Source: Candidatus Lloydbacteria bacterium (GTDB taxonomy: Bacteria > Patescibacteriota > Minisyncoccia > Phycocordibacterales > UBA6899). Taken from it: a stretch of DNA of 64,000 bases. The notes beneath the pieces were generated by a model. The model was not told the origin of the DNA and made no database searches. It saw nothing but the letters and a program-made list of their open reading frames with translations. The position numbers and the translations under genes are program-made. How positions within the stretch are numbered: position 1 is the first letter of the stretch; every line of letters begins with the position of its first letter. The stretch covers positions 151,770 through 215,769 of the forward strand of contig JAYSTI010000001.1 in assembly GCA_043719805.1 (NCBI GenBank). The letters run 5' to 3'. Below are positions 18,484 to 29,361 of this stretch, piece after piece.

Positions 18484-19509
18484 TTACTTCTTTTGTTTCT
18501 GTGTCTGCGAAAGGCCGTGAAGCTCTTCGGGGAGAACACAAGCGTTGAGTGGCTTGTCGTCACGAACTCGGATGAGGTGTGAGATTCGGCATGCACCTTT
18601 CGGTGTGCGAGCCTCAAATTCGACCTGCACCACAAACGGGTACGTCATCTTGGCGAGCGCAAGCTTTTCTTCGCGTGTGCCAAGGTCGGCAACTTCGCCA
18701 CACGCAACTTCAATCCCTGTCGTCGGGTCAATCTGCGAGAGATAGAGCTTGCCTGCACGGTCGGCGTTCTTTCCACTACCGAACTCGAACTTCCGAACGA
18801 TGAAGTCATCTTCGAAGATGGGCTTCCACTTCCATGCACCCAGAGGGCGCGGCGGGTCAGCTTCGTTGCCGTCGAGCCGATATTCCGTGGATGCAGATTT
18901 GTCGTACAGCACGAGTCCTTCCCACCTCTCCAGTCGCACAATTTCCTGCAACTGCGCGACTGCATGCACGAGCGGAGTCATGTGTTTGAGGTACCCTGCA
19001 CTCATGCGACGTGCGAACCAATCAGTGGTCATGTCATGACGATCGCCAAACCGCAGACCTGAAACATCCTTGCCCCCAACAATGATTGGAGCGAACAGTA
19101 GGAACTCTGCCCTGCCCAAGTCCTCCTGGAGCATGACTGCACGTTCGGGATTTGACTTGGCCAGCTTGCCGAACAAATCGAGTCGGTCAATGTCGGCAGA
19201 GCGTGAGCGCAAGAACATCTCACCCGGAATGAGCGAGTCAGTGGGAATTGCTGAATCCCGCAACTCCTCGATGATGCGCGGATAGCGGTCGGACGTGTCG
19301 GTGATGCCGCGAGTGTAGAGGCGCACGATGCGCTTGCGCCCGGTAATTGTTGCGATTCCACCATACCCGTCACGTTTGCGCGTTGCGATGAGGTCGCCAC
19401 GAGCTTCAATCTCCGCAATCACTTTTTCGGCAACTTTCTGCCGCGGTTTTGGAAGTACGAACTTCGGGTCGAGCGGGTCGAGCGTAAAAGGAAGTGCAAT
19501 TTTCTTCAA
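18484..19509 (-). CDS. Minimal ATP-dependent DNA ligase (adenylation + OB domains)
   Basis: Motif I KRDG, motif IV EGLVL, motif V WKWKP, and OB-domain GSGKN...VQVEF...RVRDDK; TTG start with GGAG SD. Confidence 0.82.
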   Translation of the reverse strand: MKKIALPFTLDPLDPKFVLPKPRQKVAEKVIAEIEARGDLIATRKRDGYGGIATITGRKRIVRLYTRGITDTSDRYPRIIEELRDSAIPTDSLIPGEMFLRSRSADIDRLDLFGKLAKSNPERAVMLQEDLGRAEFLLFAPIIVGGKDVSGLRFGDRHDMTTDWFARRMSAGYLKHMTPLVHAVAQLQEIVRLERWEGLVLYDKSASTEYRLDGNEADPPRPLGAWKWKPIFEDDFIVRKFEFGSGKNADRAGKLYLSQIDPTTGIEVACGEVADLGTREEKLALAKMTYPFVVQVEFEARTPKGACRISHLIRVRDDKPLNACVLPEELHGLSQTQKQKK

Positions 19510-19608
19510 GGAATATCTCCTGCTGTGAGTTCAAAGAATCTCTGCTCTAACTAACACAAACTTCATATTTCGTCAAACAAAAAGCTGACCCGTGGGTCAG
19601 CTTGCTTT

Positions 19609-20889
19609 CTACTTCTTCTTCGCCTGTTCGATGAATGTACGCACGCGCTCATCAAAGACGAGGTCATCGGTGGTCAGCCTCTTTCGAATCACGAGTCCCT
19701 CGAGTGACGTCACGCGACTGAGCGCAACGTACGCCTGCCCGTGAGCAAATGTTCCCTCACTCAGGTCCACGATGACTTTGTCAAAGGTCTGCCCCTGACT
19801 TTTGTGTGCAGTGATAGCCCACGCAAGACGGACCGGAAACTGCGTGTACGTACCAACGACACGTAGGACGAGCTCATCCTTTGCTTTGTCGTATTCCTGA
19901 ACGGTGCTCTCCCACTGATTGGGCTCCACCGCGACGCGACCCGAGCGAGGAATGTCTGCGATAACGGCAGCGGCTTCGACCTCCACCACAGTACCGGTGT
20001 CCCCGTTCACCCAGCGCTTCATTCGGTCATTGTTGAGCAGCATTACGCGTGCACCAACTTTGAGCTCGAGAAATTGCTCGGCAGGATACCCGCCCTTTGG
20101 AAATGCCCCTCGGACAACCGCCGGGAATCGGCTACTTTCGCCGGGAAGTACTTTCAGTTTTGCAAAGTTGATCTCGTCGACTACCCTGTTTTTTGTTGCA
20201 AGGTAGATATGACCCGGGTACTTTCGCTGACGAAACTTTTGATCTACGCGCACGTTCAAGACATCAAGGTCGGCGTTCGTCGCCTCGCCCATGCGCACCT
20301 TGTTCAATACGTCGACGAGTGTGGGGTCCTTCTGACGAAACACCCGTTCGAGTTCAATGTATTCCATCTCGAGAGACGGAAAACAATGCGCGTTGAAAAA
20401 GTACGGCCCCTCATACGCCATGCTGAAATATTTCACTTCCTCATCGGTCACAACAGGCGGTAACTGAAAAAGATCTCCGACTCCAATGATCTGAAGACCT
20501 CCGAAGGGACGATCCGGATGCGGCCCATGAAGACGCGCAACCTTGTCCATCATGTCCATGAAATCAGCACGGGCCATCGATAGTTCATCGATCATCACGC
20601 CATCGAGGTGTTGAAATATCTCCATCGACGGATGGTTCGATTTCTTAACACCGGAGAGCGTCATGCCGGGCCGCAACCCAAACGCCGTGTGTGCAGTTTG
20701 CCCTCCGACGTTGATGGCCGCGATACCCGTTGTTGCCGCGACCAGTATCTTTCGCTTTGTGGTTTCCAGAAAATGGCGCGAGAGGGCAGACTTCCCCGCC
20801 CCGCCTTTGCCTGTGAGAAAAATATTCTTTCCGCTTTCCATACGCCTTAGTGCGTACAGCCGCTCTTCGTCGAGCACTAATTGAGCCAA
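19609..20889 (-). CDS. Pif1-like SF1B DNA helicase
   Basis: GKGGAGKS, DELSM, GDLFQLPPV, FRQ, QFPVRLAWAITAHKSQGQT and YVALSR. Confidence 0.92.
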   Translation of the reverse strand: MAQLVLDEERLYALRRMESGKNIFLTGKGGAGKSALSRHFLETTKRKILVAATTGIAAINVGGQTAHTAFGLRPGMTLSGVKKSNHPSMEIFQHLDGVMIDELSMARADFMDMMDKVARLHGPHPDRPFGGLQIIGVGDLFQLPPVVTDEEVKYFSMAYEGPYFFNAHCFPSLEMEYIELERVFRQKDPTLVDVLNKVRMGEATNADLDVLNVRVDQKFRQRKYPGHIYLATKNRVVDEINFAKLKVLPGESSRFPAVVRGAFPKGGYPAEQFLELKVGARVMLLNNDRMKRWVNGDTGTVVEVEAAAVIADIPRSGRVAVEPNQWESTVQEYDKAKDELVLRVVGTYTQFPVRLAWAITAHKSQGQTFDKVIVDLSEGTFAHGQAYVALSRVTSLEGLVIRKRLTTDDLVFDERVRTFIEQAKKK

Positions 20890-20981
20890 TTTGCTCTCCT
20901 TCTGTAAATGTTCTCTAAGACAAAACTACCACATAAGTGGTGTGTTGTCAAAAAAAAACACCCGACGGTTGTCGGGTGTGT

Positions 20982-23069
20982 CTACAACTTCTTGATGAGA
21001 CCGAGATGAATTGCAAGCGCCTTCGAATCAAGGTCGCGACCACGGAACGCGCGGAAGCTTTCTGCCATCGGTCTGCCGGAACCGACTGCGAGCACTTCGG
21101 CCACAAATCGGCCTCCGACCTCGGGCGAGAAGATGTTCCCCGATTCATCGAAAGCACAGCGTGCATCTGCGGCCAGGCCCAACGCCCACATGTAGCTGAA
21201 ATATCCCGCAGAGTACCCGCCGGCAAAGATATGCCCGAAGGAGTTGGGGAAGCGCGACAGCGGATGGGACGGACGAACTTCGATCGTCGAAGCGACATGT
21301 TTCCAAGGCACGTTCGGGTCGACCGGATTCAGAGGGTCGTAGCGCGAATACAGCTCGAGGTCAAAGTACCCGAGACTCAATTGACGCAGTGTAACCAGTC
21401 CTGTATTGAAGAACTTCGCCGCAATCATGCGCTCAATCAGTTCGTCCGGAATGACCTCCTTTGTCACCTTGTGTTCCGACATGAACTGCAGCATTTCTTT
21501 ATCCCAGCACCAGTTCTCCAAGAACTGACTCGGGAGTTCAACGGTGTCCCATTCGACGTGTTCCATAGAAAGAGAGGGGTGCTCCGTAAGTCCCATCAGG
21601 TGATGGAACACGTGCCCCGATTCATGGAAGAGCGTGATGACGTCATCGTGCGTGAGATATGCATCTCCCCCGTCGGTCGGGCGACTGGCATTGCAGTTCA
21701 GGTACGCGACCGGAACCTGCGTGCCGTCCTGGAGTTGGCGTGACGAAACGAGCGCATCCATCCAAGCTCCGCTCTTCTTTCCTTCACGAGCATACATGTC
21801 CGCATAGAACGCACCGCGCAGCACGCCGTCTCTATCGTAGACCTCATAGAACTTTATACCCTCTCTCCATACGGAGGCAGTGCTTTCGACGATACTCACG
21901 CCGTAGATGCGCTCAAGAAGCGTGGTGAGTCCCGACATTACTTTCGTGAATGGAAAATATTCGCGCACTTTTTCTTGGTCCACGGAATACAGCGTTTGCA
22001 TCATACGTTCATAGATAAATGCAAAGTCCCACGGCATGTATTCAGCGATTCCGAGCTCCTTGGCAGCAAATGCTTTCATTGCGGCGAACTCTTCTTCGGC
22101 TTTCGGACGTGCCAACGCAATCAGGTCATCGATGAACTTTCGCACACCAACGACGCCGACCGAAGCCGCCATCTTGGCAGTAAGCGACATGTCTGCATAG
22201 GTCGGATGTCCGAGCAATTTCGCTGATTCATCGGCGTTGCGGAGGATGCCGGTCATCACCGGTGCATTGTCCCACTTCCCTTCATTGGCGAGCTCAGACG
22301 CAACCGTCGCATATCCGCGCTGCACTTCTTCGCGAAGTTCGCGAGATAAGGCGTAGGTCAGAATCGCCATTACATCAGGCTGTTGCAAGGTGATAAGGTA
22401 TCCCTCGAGCGACTTCGCTTTCGCGGCATCCTTCATGCGGCTCTTGTCCGAATCGGGAATCCCGAGAAGTACCGCCTCATCGAGAACGTGTTTCTGCCAC
22501 GCATCAGTGGATTCGAGATCATTATCGGAGAATGCATTTCCCAGCGCAGTTTCTTCCTCGCAGAGCTGCTTCAGCTTTGCTTTTCCTTCGGGAGGAAGAC
22601 CGACACCGGCAAGTTTGAATTCCCTGATAGTCCTATCAATGAGATGGAGCTTGGCGGGTGACAACCCCGAATATTCGGGCGTATCAACGAATCGCAAATA
22701 CGCACCATAGAGACCACTGTGGCGCGAACGGTCACTCGAGAAGTTGGTCAGAAGCTTGGTCGCCTTTTCCTTGATGCCCTCCGGACCCTTGAGTTCCGGG
22801 TATTTCTTTTGCATCGTCTCGTTCAAGTGAATCATCGGACCAATGACAAGCGAAAGCCGCTCTGAAAAGTCTTCGGTATCAGTGACAAGGTCGGCGAATG
22901 TCGGCACGGGGATAGCGGCAATCTTTTCAATCATCGCCCTCCCTTCCACAAGTAATGCTTCGAGCTCGGGTAATACGGTTTCCGCGGCAAACGTATTCCA
23001 ATCCGGAAGCGTCAGCACGCGAAAATTTCCCGTAGGTGTGGACACGCGTTTGTTGGTGAATTTCATCAT
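20982..23069 (-). CDS. prlC: M3A metallopeptidase (oligopeptidase A)
   Basis: HESGH zinc motif, GAWM, VELPSQFLENW and GGYSAGYFSYMW. Confidence 0.9.
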   Translation of the reverse strand: MMKFTNKRVSTPTGNFRVLTLPDWNTFAAETVLPELEALLVEGRAMIEKIAAIPVPTFADLVTDTEDFSERLSLVIGPMIHLNETMQKKYPELKGPEGIKEKATKLLTNFSSDRSRHSGLYGAYLRFVDTPEYSGLSPAKLHLIDRTIREFKLAGVGLPPEGKAKLKQLCEEETALGNAFSDNDLESTDAWQKHVLDEAVLLGIPDSDKSRMKDAAKAKSLEGYLITLQQPDVMAILTYALSRELREEVQRGYATVASELANEGKWDNAPVMTGILRNADESAKLLGHPTYADMSLTAKMAASVGVVGVRKFIDDLIALARPKAEEEFAAMKAFAAKELGIAEYMPWDFAFIYERMMQTLYSVDQEKVREYFPFTKVMSGLTTLLERIYGVSIVESTASVWREGIKFYEVYDRDGVLRGAFYADMYAREGKKSGAWMDALVSSRQLQDGTQVPVAYLNCNASRPTDGGDAYLTHDDVITLFHESGHVFHHLMGLTEHPSLSMEHVEWDTVELPSQFLENWCWDKEMLQFMSEHKVTKEVIPDELIERMIAAKFFNTGLVTLRQLSLGYFDLELYSRYDPLNPVDPNVPWKHVASTIEVRPSHPLSRFPNSFGHIFAGGYSAGYFSYMWALGLAADARCAFDESGNIFSPEVGGRFVAEVLAVGSGRPMAESFRAFRGRDLDSKALAIHLGLIKKL

Positions 23070-23164
23070 GGTTCCTTTTGCGAAAATGACAACGGACTAA
23101 TGGTCCGCCACTCATACTAACGGTATTCTACGCATAGTCAATTTATCGGCCGCCGGTCGCACCC

Positions 23165-24199
23165 CTACTTAACCCCACGACCCTTAATGATTTGAGGATA
23201 AACTTCGAGCAGCGTAAAGAAAAAGGCAATCACGACGGGGCCGGCCAAAAATCCAACTGGACCAAAGTATGCCAAGCCACCAAACACCGAGAGGAGAATA
23301 AGGAATGGATGCACGTTCATGCCCCTCTTCATCAGATATGGATTAAGGACATTATCAATTAGACCAACGCATACGAGTCCCCAAATAATGAGTCCAATAC
23401 CCGCACCAATGTGCCCCGTGAGGAGTAGCCAAGCCGCAGTCGGCATGGTGATCAACCCCGTACCCACGAGTGGAAGGAGTGCCGCAATTGTGCCGACGAC
23501 TCCCCACAACACTGGATTAGGAACACCAAATATAGCAAAACCGATGCCGAGCATCACTCCTTGGACTATTGCCGTTGTGAGCGCGCCGCGTACAACAGAG
23601 GAAACGGCTGTTTCGACTTTTGCGATGATGCTTTCATCATATTCATCATTGAGCGGACTCCACTTGAGCGCAAAGGCACGCAGCTGTTTTCCGTCGCGAT
23701 ACAGAAAGAACATTGCTATGTTGATGATAAATATCTGAAATGTAAACGACAAGATGCCGGTGAAAAAGGTGTTCAGGTTGGATGCAACCCACCTCAAGAG
23801 CGCCTCGAGGTACGTATATATGTTTGCATGAATCTCAAATGTGGGCACAAAGCGCTGCACATAACTACCAATAGTAGTAATGAATCTATCTGCACCGGCA
23901 AACAATGCACTTCCTTTTGACAGCGTTGAAAGCACCTCCTGAAACATGAGCATCCCCAAGAAGATGAGGGGAATGAGCACGAGCACGAGAACAACGAGCA
24001 CCGTTGAAAGTGCCGCGGCGCCCTCGTTGCCGTTTAACTTTTTTAACAGAAATCGGTGTATCGGCGAAAAAAGTATGGCGAATACTCCGGCCAGAAAAAG
24101 CGGCGTAAGATACGGACTCATTATGAGGAACGTGAACGCCCCGACGACACCAAGGACTATCCAGAAAAACACCAATTCGCCCATCTGTGGTTTCAACAT
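23165..24199 (-). CDS. AI-2E (PerM/TqsA) family transporter
   Basis: Multi-TM; DNVLNP, HPFLILLSVFGG and GFLAGP. Confidence 0.9.
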   Translation of the reverse strand: MLKPQMGELVFFWIVLGVVGAFTFLIMSPYLTPLFLAGVFAILFSPIHRFLLKKLNGNEGAAALSTVLVVLVLVLIPLIFLGMLMFQEVLSTLSKGSALFAGADRFITTIGSYVQRFVPTFEIHANIYTYLEALLRWVASNLNTFFTGILSFTFQIFIINIAMFFLYRDGKQLRAFALKWSPLNDEYDESIIAKVETAVSSVVRGALTTAIVQGVMLGIGFAIFGVPNPVLWGVVGTIAALLPLVGTGLITMPTAAWLLLTGHIGAGIGLIIWGLVCVGLIDNVLNPYLMKRGMNVHPFLILLSVFGGLAYFGPVGFLAGPVVIAFFFTLLEVYPQIIKGRGVK

Positions 24200-24236
24200 A
24201 TATTACAGTATACAAAACAGAATCCCTTGATGGAAG

Positions 24237-25589
24237 CTATTGATGCGGCTTTGCAAGTTTAAGCTTTTTCAGGTAGGCAACAAGGAGAAAACTCACCAAC
24301 GCAACGAGGAGCACCAGTGCCCCATTCAATACATTCTTGTTTCGCTCGGTAAACGGGACAACGGGTGGGGCGGGTGGCACATATGCCGCATTCAATTGTT
24401 GCGTCCCGAGGGTAAACTCGGTTAGCGAAACGCCCTCAAAGTAATGAAAGAAGCGGGCGATGTCGTAGAGCGGTTCACTAGCCCTCGCGTTTCCATAGTA
24501 GAGCACCTCCTCTGTACCAAATTTCGAAGCGAACACAATTGAACGAGCAACGCCCTCAAGTGTCAAAATGCTCTTCCAATTTATCGGCTTATCGTCCTGA
24601 TCAAACACGATGACGCGAATATGGCGCATTTCAGTTTCAGGATATGAAACAGACAGATCACTCCCCGAAAAGAGCGGGGTCTTGAGAGAAAATACATAAC
24701 CTTGCCCAAGGATTTTCCACGTTGCCGCATCATTGCTCCCCTGTATGACGACGCGTCTGTTGAAATTATGCGTGTCGTCTGTTGCGAGAATCACCTTTCG
24801 CGTAGCAATACCTGCACCCCCGAGATCAACAGCTACTTCAGTTGATTTTTCTTTTGCGTTCTGTGCAACTGCCGCACGCTCCACCATCTGATTTTTTCGT
24901 GCGTCACGCTGCAGTATTCGAAGTACTCGTGCTCCCGCAACGGCAACGTCACTGCCTTCACCTCTCCCGATGACTACGCGCAAGTAACGCGAGGTGCTCT
25001 CGGGATAATAGACATCCTTGCTTCCCGCATCAAAGCCAAGCGACTGGTCGTAATAATTGTAGACAAAGCTGGTGTTGCTGAGAAGCGCCCACTCCGCAAT
25101 ACTCTTATCGGTATTTGCCCTCGTGTCCGCGTTGCCGTATGGATCATTCGCGGTGTTGGATGCATATACGGATACCGGGCGCTTAAAGTTTTTAGACCCC
25201 GTTTCGATGACAAGATGGTCGTGAATCGTCCCGCTTTTGCCCAAGTCGAGGATGAACATTGTCTCACCATCCTTAACGGCGAGATCGCGCAGTGAACTTT
25301 GCACGTACTCACGGCGTACGGCCTCATTTTCAATCACAAGTTGATATGGAACCTCTTCCCCGCCACTTGTCACGACGCGCAGGTCTGCAAGGTCGGTTCG
25401 CGCGCCGAAACTCACCTCTCTGTCGAGGCTCACCCTGACGTATTTTGATGAGCCGACAGTAGGCACAGCAATGACCGGTTTCTTGTACTGCCATTCACTC
25501 GGGGAGAAATCTGCGTATGCTGTACCCGCAACAGCGAGAGCGAGAGCGAGAAATGAGAGCAGGAGATATTTTTTCATATTGTTAGCCAT
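24237..25589 (-). CDS. DUF3999-like membrane-anchored secreted protein
   Basis: Signal peptide, DLRV...EVPY, LYYGN..A..PxYD, C-terminal TM; overlaps the DUF2339-like gene. Confidence 0.75.
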   Translation of the reverse strand: MANNMKKYLLLSFLALALAVAGTAYADFSPSEWQYKKPVIAVPTVGSSKYVRVSLDREVSFGARTDLADLRVVTSGGEEVPYQLVIENEAVRREYVQSSLRDLAVKDGETMFILDLGKSGTIHDHLVIETGSKNFKRPVSVYASNTANDPYGNADTRANTDKSIAEWALLSNTSFVYNYYDQSLGFDAGSKDVYYPESTSRYLRVVIGRGEGSDVAVAGARVLRILQRDARKNQMVERAAVAQNAKEKSTEVAVDLGGAGIATRKVILATDDTHNFNRRVVIQGSNDAATWKILGQGYVFSLKTPLFSGSDLSVSYPETEMRHIRVIVFDQDDKPINWKSILTLEGVARSIVFASKFGTEEVLYYGNARASEPLYDIARFFHYFEGVSLTEFTLGTQQLNAAYVPPAPPVVPFTERNKNVLNGALVLLVALVSFLLVAYLKKLKLAKPHQ

Positions 25590-27561
25590 AGATTACTTCC
25601 TTAAGACGATGCTTATATTTCGCGTAAAGAAACGCCGCACCAAGTGCAATCACGCCGAAGATGATTGTGGAGAATATGCGCGCAAGGTCTCCAAGTTCCC
25701 ACACATAGATAAATACCCTGATTGCCGTGATAAAGAAGAAAATGAGACCAAATAGCCGCAACACGCGTAATCGCCGTACAAAGCCGATGATAATCAAAAG
25801 TGTCGAATAGAGCGCCCATACTATCGTCGTGACGGCACTACTTTTACTTCGGAGATCGTTTGTTTGGTTAGTGTCGAACTGACCGTAGTTGTAGTAATCC
25901 GGATATTCCGACCTAACTTGTCCTTGGTATTGCGCAGTCTTTGTGGCTTCAACTCGAGACTCCTGCTGTATGCGCGCAATATCTTGCGAATATTTATGTG
26001 AAATCTCGGTCGTTAATGCATATATCGTCAGCAAATTCGCAAGCACAACAAAGACGGAAACGATCTTTTTCCATTCAACGCCAGAGTCGTCATTTTTTGC
26101 GTACAACCACGCAAGCACATAGAACACCACGACCCCAAGAAGGATGAGGAAGAATCCCATGTTCATAATCGGAGTCAATTCGCCCGATGATGCAGCTCGG
26201 GAAATTGCGCTCATTGCGATATTTCTTATTTTTTCGACTTCACCAATCATCGACACCATTCCAAGCAAGAGAACAACCCAGCCGAATACTTGGATAATCT
26301 TTTCTTTGATCATGAGCCCGACATACACGAGCACGAGTGATTCGACGAGCCATGCAATCGAAATCCAATACCCCGTGAGCTGTAGAGGGATAGCAATAGA
26401 GAGGAACACAACGGCTATTCCCGGAAACGTGAGATTGAGCGTGCGGTCATGCTCTTCTCTTGCGTAAGCCAAATAGGAAAAGACGAGATAAAGCACTGCG
26501 AGAACAAGCGCGAAGAACCCGAGCACGTCGTGGTGCTTCGGTTCAAGGATGCCGTAGCATGCACTGAAGTATCCCATTGCGTTTAAGGCAAGAAGGATAA
26601 GGTCGCCCGATGTAGACGCCTCCTTTCGTACGAAATGGTGCATGATTGAATTCACCAAAAACACGAGGAAGAAGAGCGTGAGGAAAAAGAACGTCATCGC
26701 AAGCTGGCCGTCCGGATCTCGCCAGTAGAAAGACTCCATCCACCCGCCAAAAAGTATGATCGTTCCGAAAAATGTCAGATAATTCAGCTTTGTCCATTTT
26801 GTGAACCACGACACACCAAGGACGCCGATATTGAGTACGAGCATGTAGAGCGAAAGTGTCACCAGATGATTCTCTCCCGTTGAAATCAGCATTGGTGTCA
26901 TAAAACCGCCGATGACACCAATGACTGCGAGGCCCATCGTGTTGCCCGATACCGCAATGACCATCGCAAGCGTCGTGACGAGTATCATGAGCGCAAATGC
27001 GATTGGCTGAGAGATGACGGCAGGTGAGTAGAATGCGAAGCCTGCATAGATAGAGAAATAGAGAATGCCGATGCCTGCGCCGAGCAAGAGATCGCTATAA
27101 TTCAGGTATTTCTCACGGAGCTTCTGCCCGACGACGATACAGGCAATGCCGGCGATGATGCCCATCGCAACCTGGCCGGTCGGCCCAATGAGCTCATTAT
27201 CAAACGCATATTTCAAAAAGAAGGAAACACCAAGGAGGAGCATGATGGCGCCAACCCATCCGAGCCACCTTGCACTGACTTCTTCTTGCGTCTCAACGAC
27301 GACCGGAACATACATTGGGGCGGGTGCCGGGGCGGCCGCGAGAGAGGACGCTGTGCCAACGTCAACGTTGGCGACATACGCACTCATGCGTGCCGCAAGC
27401 ACTGCATCGTTCGATGGTGCACCCATGGCGCCTCCACGAGAAAGTGATTCGAGTGTATCAACGCGAGCAACCAATCGTGATACTCTTACCCACAAATAAA
27501 CAAATGCCGCGATAATAATAAAAAGCAAGATTCCCCCGAAATCATCAAATAGATAATACAT
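25582..27561 (-). CDS. DUF2339 family polytopic membrane protein
   Basis: WLGWVG...GVSFFLKYAF, GGFMTPMLISTG; many TM helices. Confidence 0.85.
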   Translation of the reverse strand: MYYLFDDFGGILLFIIIAAFVYLWVRVSRLVARVDTLESLSRGGAMGAPSNDAVLAARMSAYVANVDVGTASSLAAAPAPAPMYVPVVVETQEEVSARWLGWVGAIMLLLGVSFFLKYAFDNELIGPTGQVAMGIIAGIACIVVGQKLREKYLNYSDLLLGAGIGILYFSIYAGFAFYSPAVISQPIAFALMILVTTLAMVIAVSGNTMGLAVIGVIGGFMTPMLISTGENHLVTLSLYMLVLNIGVLGVSWFTKWTKLNYLTFFGTIILFGGWMESFYWRDPDGQLAMTFFFLTLFFLVFLVNSIMHHFVRKEASTSGDLILLALNAMGYFSACYGILEPKHHDVLGFFALVLAVLYLVFSYLAYAREEHDRTLNLTFPGIAVVFLSIAIPLQLTGYWISIAWLVESLVLVYVGLMIKEKIIQVFGWVVLLLGMVSMIGEVEKIRNIAMSAISRAASSGELTPIMNMGFFLILLGVVVFYVLAWLYAKNDDSGVEWKKIVSVFVVLANLLTIYALTTEISHKYSQDIARIQQESRVEATKTAQYQGQVRSEYPDYYNYGQFDTNQTNDLRSKSSAVTTIVWALYSTLLIIIGFVRRLRVLRLFGLIFFFITAIRVFIYVWELGDLARIFSTIIFGVIALGAAFLYAKYKHRLKEVIYG

Positions 27562-27613
27562 ATAGACTCTATTGTACCAAATCCCCGAAGAACGGGTAGC
27601 CCCGTTCTCGCAA

Positions 27614-28858
27614 TTAAGTGGAAAGTCGATTCTTCCCGCGTTGAATATGGTTAATAAAATAGAGACCACTTCCGATGACAATCATCGCGGCAACGAGAAG
27701 CGGTGTTGACGGTTCAAATTTTGCCGCAATGGTTCCTGCTATCAAGGGTGGGATGGTCATCGCGAGTGCCAAGACACTCCCATTGATTCCGAGCACCTCC
27801 CCCTGCATGGTCGGCCCTGCGGAACGCGAAAGCAGGCCGGTGAGATTCGCCTGAGAAAGCCCTGTCGCTATTGCAAAAAACGGAACAATGAAATAGAGCC
27901 ACGATACTTGGGGGGAAAGAAATATCGCGAGGATTGTCAGGCCAACCACAATGAGCGTGTTCTGAATAATTTGCGTCTCTCTAAATCTCCTTCCCATCTG
28001 TCGCGTCACAACCGCCTGCGCAAAAACAATCCACAACCCCACGTAAGCAAAATAGTTGCCTATTGATGACTCCGTAAAACCAAAACGATAGAAGAGGAAG
28101 ACGCTCGCGAATGTCACATAGAATGAAAATCCCATTTGGAACAGAAAACTCGTAAGATAGATTGGTCGCAGGTGCTCGGCATTGAAGGCGTGCACGACGT
28201 TGGTCACCGCCCTACTCAAATGCAGGCGCTCGCCGCGCTTCAGAAAATGATTCGTTTCCGCAAACATGGTGTAAACAAAAACAAAATTTAGCAGAGAAAG
28301 TATCGATGCAAACCAAAATGGTGTTGACGCGGTGAACCACGAAACGAGGTGTGGGTCGGACAGTTTGCCGCCGAGAAATGGTCCGACGATAAATCCGAGC
28401 CCGAATGCAGCGCCAATCAGTCCGAAATTTTTTGCGCGATTCTCGGGTGTGGTCACATCGGCGATGGCTGCCTGCGAGACGACAATATTCCCCGAGCACA
28501 CACCCGTGAGAAACCTCACGACAAAGAGGAGTGCAACGGACTTGATGAGGATTCCCACACCGAACAACATTTGCCCGACGGCGGTTCCGATGATGGATAC
28601 AAGGAGGAGCTTCTTGCGACCGAACTTGTCCGACAATTGCCCGATAATGGGTGCGGCAAAAAACTGACCAAGCGAATAGAGCGCGAGCATCACTCCGAGT
28701 AAAACGTATCCCGTCTCCTTGTGGGTTCCCATCGGAAGCAAATAGTGTTCGGAAAGCGGATTCGCAAAAAGGACGGGAATGACCGGGATGAGAATACCCA
28801 CTCCGACCATATCGAGGAATATCGTAAAAAAGAGTGTCACGAGCGCACGATTTTGCAT
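27614..28858 (-). CDS. MFS efflux transporter (TetA/DHA1-like)
   Basis: GQLSDKFGRK motif A; GAAFGLGFIVGP motif C. Confidence 0.92.
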   Translation of the reverse strand: MQNRALVTLFFTIFLDMVGVGILIPVIPVLFANPLSEHYLLPMGTHKETGYVLLGVMLALYSLGQFFAAPIIGQLSDKFGRKKLLLVSIIGTAVGQMLFGVGILIKSVALLFVVRFLTGVCSGNIVVSQAAIADVTTPENRAKNFGLIGAAFGLGFIVGPFLGGKLSDPHLVSWFTASTPFWFASILSLLNFVFVYTMFAETNHFLKRGERLHLSRAVTNVVHAFNAEHLRPIYLTSFLFQMGFSFYVTFASVFLFYRFGFTESSIGNYFAYVGLWIVFAQAVVTRQMGRRFRETQIIQNTLIVVGLTILAIFLSPQVSWLYFIVPFFAIATGLSQANLTGLLSRSAGPTMQGEVLGINGSVLALAMTIPPLIAGTIAAKFEPSTPLLVAAMIVIGSGLYFINHIQRGKNRLST

Positions 28859-28902
28859 CGCGTCATTATACATTCATTTATGTTTATTAAATGAAAAACA
28901 AA

Positions 28903-28948
28903 AACCATCCTCACCTTGTTGTCGTACGACAACAAGGTGAGGATGGTT
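28903..28948. repeat. Perfect 46-bp palindrome (possible terminator)
   Basis: AACCATCCTCACCTTGTTGTCGT|ACGACAACAAGGTGAGGATGGTT. Confidence 0.9.
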
Positions 28949-28955
28949 CAGGATA

Positions 28956-29270
28956 CTACGAGAGACCGAGTTTTTTCTTGCGTCGCTTATGTTCAACGGC
29001 GACGTAGGTTCCTATCCATGAACCCAGCACGAGTCCGGGGATGTACAGTGGGTTATGTGTGTAATTAAGTACGCCGACCGCCAAGAGAAAATACATAAGG
29101 GAATCGGTCGTTGCGGCACGGGCAGGCTGCAGTGAATTTACCGCCATTGTGTACTGCGCGTACAGCACATCAAGGATGATGTAGGCAACAAACACAAACA
29201 GTGCAAGCGCCCAGCTGAAATCTTTCCAGTAAGCACCGAGTATGCGGAGCCATTCTTCGACGGTGTGCAT
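28956..29270 (-). CDS. Small membrane protein (3 TM)
   Basis: Hydrophobic segments and a basic C-terminus. Confidence 0.7.
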   Translation of the reverse strand: MHTVEEWLRILGAYWKDFSWALALFVFVAYIILDVLYAQYTMAVNSLQPARAATTDSLMYFLLAVGVLNYTHNPLYIPGLVLGSWIGTYVAVEHKRRKKKLGLS

Positions 29271-29361
29271 TATTACCCCAAGGTAAGGCCATCTTTCGTC
29301 AGACTAGCAACAGTTCACGTAATCAGCAAGCAGAGAGTGCGGTAGATTACTTCTCTATATA

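Noticed and set aside
15147-20889. Prophage suggested by a 'holin', ligase and helicase
   Set aside because: YvlD-family proteins are ordinary membrane proteins, and there are no integrase, terminase or capsid genes.
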